Source of the DNA: Permianibacter sp.
Lineage (GTDB): Bacteria; Pseudomonadota; Gammaproteobacteria; Enterobacterales; Permianibacteraceae
Assembly: GCA_041913605.1 (NCBI GenBank)
Contig: JAYSEY010000015.1
Span: forward strand, 20,743-84,742
Reading direction: 5' to 3'
Length of the DNA stretch: 64,000 nt
The position numbers were made by a program, and so were the translations under genes. The notes beneath the pieces were generated by a model that was not told the DNA's origin, made no database searches, and saw only the letters and a list, made by a program, of their open reading frames with translations. Of this stretch, positions 58,765 to 64,000 are shown piece by piece (the stretch's first letter is position 1; each line of letters opens with the position of its first letter).

Positions 58765-59019
58765 GACACGCTCCATCGTGTTGTCTGAGCTTCTGAATAT
58801 CGGCAAACGCGACGTTCCGGTAGCGTTTGCCGGTTCCCGCGGTGGCGGGTCGCGCGCAAGGCCCGGGTGGTCATGCGCAGCGCCCGCGCATGGTAAAGCA
58901 GGCGCGCTGGCGAAGCATCGCCGGCACGGTCACGGGTGTAAGCGGATGTGTGTCTGCAGATCAGTGGCGGGGAAGCCGTTGCCACAGGGGAGTGGCACAG
59001 TAGTGCGAAAACGCAAGAT

Positions 59020-59050
59020 AAAAAAATGCGCACCGGAGTGCGCTTCTTTT
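59020..59050 (-). terminator. Terminator after the yebC paralog
   Basis: Minus strand: GCGCAC-tccg-GTGCGC followed by ATTTTTTT. Confidence 0.7.
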
Positions 59051-59079
59051 AAATCTGGTATCTGCAGTTCGAGCGGCGA

Positions 59080-59784
59080 TCAGCCGGCCAGACCGACGTA
59101 CACGTGCTGCACATCATCATCGCCGTCGAGCGCTTCGAGAAACGCTTCGACTTCGGCGAGCTGCGTGGCATCGCTGATGGTGACCGGATTTTTTGGCTTG
59201 TAACCGAGCTTGGCGCTCTGCACCGTGAAACCGAAATTCGGCAGTGCGCGCTGCACGGCGTCGAGATCGGTCGGCTCGGTGTAAAACAGTGTCGCGCCGT
59301 CTTCGCCCGGCTCGAAATCCTGGGCGCCAGCTTCGATGGCCGCCACTTCGGCGTCGGCGTCCTTGTTGGCCGGCGCCGCTTCGATCATGCCCAGATAGGC
59401 AAAATCCCAGCTGACGGCACCGGCGGCGGCGAGCTGGCCCTTGCGGAACAGCACGCGCACCGAGGAGGCGGTACGGTTTTTGTTATCAGTCAGGCATTCG
59501 ACGATCACCGGTACCTGATGCGGGGCAAAGCCTTCGTAGGTGACCAGCTCGTAGTTGACGACTTCATCCAGCAGGCCGGCGCCTTTCTTGATGGCGCGTT
59601 CCAGCGTGTCGCGCGGCAGCGAGGCTTTTTTCGCCGCTTCAATGGCCAGACGCAGGCGCGAGTTCATTTCCGGGTCGGGACCGCCACGTGCAGCGACCGT
59701 GATTTCTCTGGTCAACTTGGTGAAGATGCGACTTTTCGCGGCCGCTGATTCCAGCTTGCCCTTCGTCTTCCACTGTGCGCCCAT
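59080..59784 (-). CDS. yebC: YebC/PmpR family protein (stand-alone paralog)
   Basis: [61 protein letters not shown]. Confidence 0.95.
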   Translation of the reverse strand: MGAQWKTKGKLESAAAKSRIFTKLTREITVAARGGPDPEMNSRLRLAIEAAKKASLPRDTLERAIKKGAGLLDEVVNYELVTYEGFAPHQVPVIVECLTDNKNRTASSVRVLFRKGQLAAAGAVSWDFAYLGMIEAAPANKDADAEVAAIEAGAQDFEPGEDGATLFYTEPTDLDAVQRALPNFGFTVQSAKLGYKPKNPVTISDATQLAEVEAFLEALDGDDDVQHVYVGLAG

Positions 59785-59989
59785 ACCTGCAATCTCGCTT
59801 GTTCAATGAGGCCCGCCTCGCGGGCTGTAACGGCCGTCCGCGCGGCGCGCGGAGCGGGCGGCGAGTATAACTGCCGGCCACGCGGGCGGGCAGCGGGGCG
59901 GGGTCAAAAAGAAGGTGGGGAGGGCGTGACGTCGCCAGCGGGCCGGGTACTGGCGGACGTGGTGATGGTTGAGGAGGGGGCGTGTACCC

Positions 59990-60115
59990 GTAGGATGGGT
60001 AGAGCGCAGCGAAACCCATCAGGGTAAAGCGCTGAAGTCCAGGCTTTGTTTCTCCAGCCGGCCGCAGTGCTTTACGCCGATGGGTTTCGGCGCCTTGCGC
60101 CTCTACCCATCCTAC
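59990..60115. repeat. REPIN-like inverted doublet of GTAG REPs (family B)
   Basis: gtaggatgggtagagcgcagcgaaacccatc (59990-60020) and reverse copy at 60079-60115. Confidence 0.9.
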
Positions 60116-60144
60116 GTTTCACGTTTCACGTTTCACGTCTCACG
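60114..60144. repeat. Heptamer tandem repeat (ACGTTTC) x about 4.4
   Basis: acgtttc acgtttc acgtttc acgtctc acg, abutting the REP tag. Confidence 0.9.
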
Positions 60145-60166
60145 CTCCGCACCGAGCTCCTTGTGC

Positions 60167-60664
60167 TCAGCTTGCACTGGCCGGCAACGACAGTTTGTAG
60201 AATCTGGAATCGACGGCCATGACGGGGAACGTGGCGGGCAGTCCGGATTTGGCGACTTCGATGAAACCGTTCTTTTCGTAGAAGCGGTGTGCGGCCAGAA
60301 ACTTCGCGGTGGTGCCCAGATAAATGCGTTCGAGTTGATGCTGTGCGGCCCAGTCCAGCAAGGTATGCAACAAGCGCTGGGCAACGCCAAGGGTTTGGCC
60401 GCGGAACGGCGCGGCGACGAACATCTTGCGCAGTGCGGCTTCTCTGTTGCCGATATCGAGCAGGGCGATGGTGCCGACGATCTGCTGGTCCACTTCCGCT
60501 ACCCAGAAGTTGCCGCTGCCGTGCTGGTAAAACTGCGCGATGTTGCTCAGGTCCGGTTGCGCATCCAGTGTGATCGGAATACCAAATTCGAGTTGTTGTA
60601 TGGGCAGGATGACGGCAGCGATGGCCTGCGTGTCCTGGGCTTCACTGGGACGAATATGCGTCAT
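60167..60664 (-). CDS. GNAT family N-acetyltransferase
   Basis: IQQLEFGIPI...QPDL, GNFWVA, LRKMFVAAPFRG, LGTTAKFLAAHRFYEKNGF. Confidence 0.92.
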   Translation of the reverse strand: MTHIRPSEAQDTQAIAAVILPIQQLEFGIPITLDAQPDLSNIAQFYQHGSGNFWVAEVDQQIVGTIALLDIGNREAALRKMFVAAPFRGQTLGVAQRLLHTLLDWAAQHQLERIYLGTTAKFLAAHRFYEKNGFIEVAKSGLPATFPVMAVDSRFYKLSLPASAS

Positions 60665-60786
60665 GTGCGGGGCACCGGCGTTTGAACTGGTCGGGTCCAG
60701 TACATCCGGCTGGCAATGCCGGCGACTGGTTTGGTAGTGCGTGATTTTTCAGTTCGCCGACCGTTCCGGCAAGCATGCAAACGTTA

Positions 60787-60825
60787 CAGGATAAGTTTCG
60801 GCGCCGGGCGCCGAAACTTATCCTG
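60787..60825. other. 39-bp near-perfect palindrome downstream of the EF-G-like gene
   Basis: CAGGATAAGTTTCGGCGCC-g-GGCGCCGAAACTTATCCTG. Confidence 0.85.
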
Positions 60826-60878
60826 CTTTGCGCTGCGTTCATTATTCATGTTGTGCATTGCACGCGAATGCTGCGCTT

Positions 60879-62915
60879 TCATTCCTCTTCATGGCGTTTG
60901 TATTTGCCGGCCAGTTCTTTTTGCACGGCCGGCGGTACGGCTTCGTAGTGGCTGAGTTCCATGACGAAGAAACCTTCGCCGCCGGTTTGTGCGCGCAGCC
61001 GGGTCTGGAAGGCGGGCAGTTCGGCGATCGGCAATTGCGCGCGGATACGGGCGCGGCCGTTGAGGCCGCTGTCGGTGCCGTTGATCAGGCCGCGCCGGCC
61101 GGTGAGTTCGCCGGTGATGTCGCCGACGTTGTGCGCCGGCGCGTCGATGTCCAGTTGCGCGATCGGTTCGAGAATGATGGCCATGGCCTTGTCGATGGCA
61201 TCGAGCATGGCTTTGCGTCCGGCGGCGACAAACGCGACTTCCTTGGAGTCAACGGAATGGTGTTTGCCATCAAGGATGGTGACACGCAGATCCTGTAACG
61301 GAAAACCGGCGATGGCGCCGCTGTGCAAAACCTCGCGCACGCCTTTTTCCACGGCCGGCATGAACACGCCGGGAATGGCGCCGCCGACCACGGCATCGAC
61401 AAAGACAAAGCCTTCGCCGCGCGCCAGCGGTTCGATTTTCAGCGCCACTTCGCCGAACTGGCCGGCGCCGCCGGTTTGTTTTTTGTGGCGCGCAAATCCG
61501 TCGGCAGCAAGGCTGATGGTTTCGCGATAGGGCACCGAGGGCGGCGTGATCTGCAAGGCGACATTGGCGCGTTCACCGAGGCGTGCCTGGGCAATGCGCA
61601 GGTGCATATCGCCGAGTCCCCAGAGCACGGTTTCATTTTGCTGGGCGCGGTGTTCAACGCGCAGGCTCGGATCTTCCAGGGCGAGTTTTTGCAAGGCTTC
61701 GCCGAGCCTGGCTTCGTCGCCGGGTTTGGTGCAATGCAGGGCAATGCCGTGCAGCGGCGTCGGCAGTGCCGGCTCGGCGAGGTGATGGTGATCTTCATCG
61801 TGACTGTCGTGCACCACGGCGCCGTAATGCAGTTCGTCAATCTTGCTGATCACCACCAGTTCTCCGGGGCCGGCACTGGCGATCTCCTGTGCCTGTTTGC
61901 CGCTGCCGTTGAGCAGATGCGCCAGCCGGAACGGTTTGCGCGCGTCGCCGACGAACAGGTTCTGGCCGCTGCGCAGGCTGCCCTGCCAGATGCGCAAAAA
62001 CGCCAGTCGACCAACGTAGGGATCGAGCGTGAGTTTGAACACATGCGCGAGCGCGTGCGCGTTGGCATCGACGGTGACAGGAACCGGTTTGTACGGTGGC
62101 TGTTCGCCTTTGACGAAGTGCGGCGGATTGCATTCACCGGGATGCGGTGCCAGTGCCATCAGCACCTGCAGGGTTTCGGCGATGCCGATGCGCGGCCGCG
62201 CGGCGGCAAACAGCACCGGCACGACATGACCTTCACGCAGCGCACGTTCAAACGGATCGTGTAGCTGTTCCGGTGTCAGCGCTTCGCCCTGTTCCAGATA
62301 GCGGCTCATCAGGGCTTCATCGAGCTCGATGATTTGATCGACCAGCGCGTCGTGGGCGGCGCTGATGCGACCGAGATCGCTGTCGCCATCGACCGGGGCA
62401 AAAAACGCATCGGCAACGCGCGCGCCGCGTCCGGCCGGCAAATTGATCGGCAGGCATTCGCTGCCGAAACGTTCGCGCACCTGTGCCAGCACGGCGCCGA
62501 GATCGACGCTCGGCTGATCGATGCGGTTGAGGACGATGAACACGTCGAGGCCGCGTTCGCGCGCGGCGCGGAACAGCCGTTCACTGTGGTAGTCGACGCC
62601 GGTGCCGGCATTCAGCACCAGCAGTACGGCATCGACGGCGGCCAGCACGCTGAGTGTGCGGCCGATGAGATCCGGCAGGCCGGGTGTGTCGAGGATCTGG
62701 AAGCGCACACCCTGGGCGGTGAAGGTGTGCAGGCTGACGTCGAGGGTGTGGCCGAGTTCGCGGGCCAGCGGATCGGTTTCGCTGACCGTGACGGGACTGC
62801 CCGTGTGCTGCTGCAACTGCTCCAGCAGCGTGGTCTTGCCGGCGCCGGCGGGGCCGACCAGCGCCAGCGTGCGGTGGCTTGCCAGGGTGGTTCCGTTGCG
62901 TGGGGTGTCGTTCAT
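60879..62915 (-). CDS. Elongation factor G-like protein (EF-G2-type paralog)
   Basis: GPAGAGKT, DTPGL, NRID; HKKQTGGAGQFGEV, GGAIP, GKHHSVDS and domain V; AGGAG RBS; not in the str operon. Confidence 0.93.
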   Translation of the reverse strand: MNDTPRNGTTLASHRTLALVGPAGAGKTTLLEQLQQHTGSPVTVSETDPLARELGHTLDVSLHTFTAQGVRFQILDTPGLPDLIGRTLSVLAAVDAVLLVLNAGTGVDYHSERLFRAARERGLDVFIVLNRIDQPSVDLGAVLAQVRERFGSECLPINLPAGRGARVADAFFAPVDGDSDLGRISAAHDALVDQIIELDEALMSRYLEQGEALTPEQLHDPFERALREGHVVPVLFAAARPRIGIAETLQVLMALAPHPGECNPPHFVKGEQPPYKPVPVTVDANAHALAHVFKLTLDPYVGRLAFLRIWQGSLRSGQNLFVGDARKPFRLAHLLNGSGKQAQEIASAGPGELVVISKIDELHYGAVVHDSHDEDHHHLAEPALPTPLHGIALHCTKPGDEARLGEALQKLALEDPSLRVEHRAQQNETVLWGLGDMHLRIAQARLGERANVALQITPPSVPYRETISLAADGFARHKKQTGGAGQFGEVALKIEPLARGEGFVFVDAVVGGAIPGVFMPAVEKGVREVLHSGAIAGFPLQDLRVTILDGKHHSVDSKEVAFVAAGRKAMLDAIDKAMAIILEPIAQLDIDAPAHNVGDITGELTGRRGLINGTDSGLNGRARIRAQLPIAELPAFQTRLRAQTGGEGFFVMELSHYEAVPPAVQKELAGKYKRHEEE

Positions 62916-63070
62916 GGCGGTGCTCCTGCTTGCGGCCGTCGCGCAGGCGGCGGCGGACAGGCCGACGGGGTCGGCGTTCGGCAGCGACAGGCAGGGGGAT
63001 GGCGGCAGGACTGCAGCACGTGTGCCGGCTGCACGGGGCAGGGCAGGCGGAACGTGCTCGGGCCGTGCAT
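62912..63070 (-). CDS. Possible 52-aa proline-rich upstream ORF overlapping the EF-G-like start (ATGA)
   Basis: Manual translation: MHGPSTFRLPCPVQPAHVLQSCRHPPACRCRTPTPSACPPPPARRPQAGAPP*; no clear SD. Confidence 0.25.
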   Translation of the reverse strand: MHGPSTFRLPCPVQPAHVLQSCRHPPACRCRTPTPSACPPPPARRPQAGAPP

Positions 63071-63106
63071 CCCGGGGTCTGGGGCCGGTGGGATGAGGCG
63101 AGTCTG

Positions 63107-63150
63107 AGTATAGACAGCGACGGCTCGCGCTCCTGACAGTCTGCTGTCAG
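63107..63150 (-). promoter_or_regulatory. Palindromic operator plus -10 element facing the EF-G-like gene
   Basis: CTGACAG-tctg-CTGTCAG (63133-63150); minus-strand TATACT at 63112-63107, 20 nt downstream of it. Confidence 0.7.
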
Positions 63151-63287
63151 CATGGCGCCCGTAAGCTGCGCAAGCGGCCGGCCATCACACCCGGCCGCAT
63201 CAGTTGTCCCGCTGCAGTAGCCCTGCAGCAGGCGCCCCTGTAGCCGAAACCCCGCTGCATCAGTAGCCCCGCTGGAGATCGCCGTTC

Positions 63288-63980
63288 ATGACCCGTCGCG
63301 CCGACCGGCTGTTTGCCCTGTTGCAGCAATTGCGCGGCGGCAAGGTATGGACGGCGCAGAAGCTCGCCGAAGCGCTGGAAGTGTCCGAGCGCACCATCTA
63401 TCGCGACATTGCCGATCTGCAGGCCAATGCCGTGCCCATCGACGGCGCCGCCGGTGTCGGCTATCGCTTGCAGCCGGGCTTTGAACTGCCGCCGCTGATG
63501 TTCACCCGCGACGAGATCGAAGCGCTGGTGATCGGCGCGCGGCTGGCGCGGGCGGTGGTCGGCGATGCGCTGGTGCCGAGCATTGACCGGGCACTGGCGA
63601 AAATCGAAACCGTGCTGCCGAAAGAGCGGCGCCGTGATCTGCAGCGTCCGAAAGTGTTTGCGCCGGCGCCGGTGGTGGAAAAAGCCGTGCAGGACACGCT
63701 GCACCAGCTGCGCATGGCCATCGACACCCGGCACGTGGTGCATGTCCGTTACACGCGCGAAGACGGTGAACAGAGCGAGCGCGATCTGCTGCCGCTCGGC
63801 CTGTATTTCTGGGGCAAGACCTGGACGCTGGTGGCCTGGTGCGAAATGCGCGACGACTTCCGGCATTTCCGTCTTGATCGCATCAATGCCCTGACACTGA
63901 GCGCGCGCACTTTTGTCGATGAACCCGGCCGCACCCTGCAGGATTTTCTGCGCGGCATCGGCGTGGAGCAGGACGTCTGA
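63288..63980 (+). CDS. YafY-family HTH-WYL-WCX transcriptional regulator
   Basis: RRADRLF...LAEALEVSERTIYRDI, LPPLMFTRDEIEAL, WTLVAWCEMRDDFRHFRLDRI. Confidence 0.95.
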   Translation: MTRRADRLFALLQQLRGGKVWTAQKLAEALEVSERTIYRDIADLQANAVPIDGAAGVGYRLQPGFELPPLMFTRDEIEALVIGARLARAVVGDALVPSIDRALAKIETVLPKERRRDLQRPKVFAPAPVVEKAVQDTLHQLRMAIDTRHVVHVRYTREDGEQSERDLLPLGLYFWGKTWTLVAWCEMRDDFRHFRLDRINALTLSARTFVDEPGRTLQDFLRGIGVEQDV

Positions 63981-64000
63981 TGAACCTGATCAGGTAGCTG

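Noticed and set aside
60879-62915. Canonical fusA or TetM/TetO resistance gene
   Set aside because: No rpsL-rpsG-tuf context and degenerate G motifs. EF-G-type domain IV loops and native codon usage argue against an acquired ribosome-protection gene.
63980-64000. Downstream gene coupled to the WYL stop
   Set aside because: The ATG at 63980 meets TAG after five codons; anything further lies outside the window.

Overview
64-kb core-chromosome segment of a GC-rich gammaproteobacterium. Conserved blocks: ubiD plus a ferredoxin/flavin reductase, ftsEX-rpoH, tRNA-Arg(CCG), an RND pump with its MFP, two c5 cytochromes, nhaA, rep, comM-ubiK, speA, fpr, pepQ/fadBA, ppk2, pdxH and a yebC paralog. No integrase, transposase, prophage or CRISPR array is visible. 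The unexplained structure is mostly non-coding. (1) An HTH-WYL regulator lies divergent from an EF-G paralog that lacks the catalytic His. Between them are a perfect CTGACAG-N4-CTGTCAG palindrome in activator position before a TATACT -10, and a proline-rich uORF overlapping the EF-G start. A YebC paralog is two genes away. This is my best candidate for an undescribed system. (2) There are 162-bp tRNA-linked tandem repeats that look like the tRNA T-loop split by a 70-nt insert. (3) A CIRCE sits before rpoH, four phased Pho-box half-sites before a three-domain lipoprotein, and a FadR-like box in the fadB promoter. (4) Three REP-like palindrome families occur, one bracketing a low-GC excalibur gene. 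All product calls come from motif recognition by eye; no database search was run. Many starts were moved from the ORF track to RBS-supported codons.
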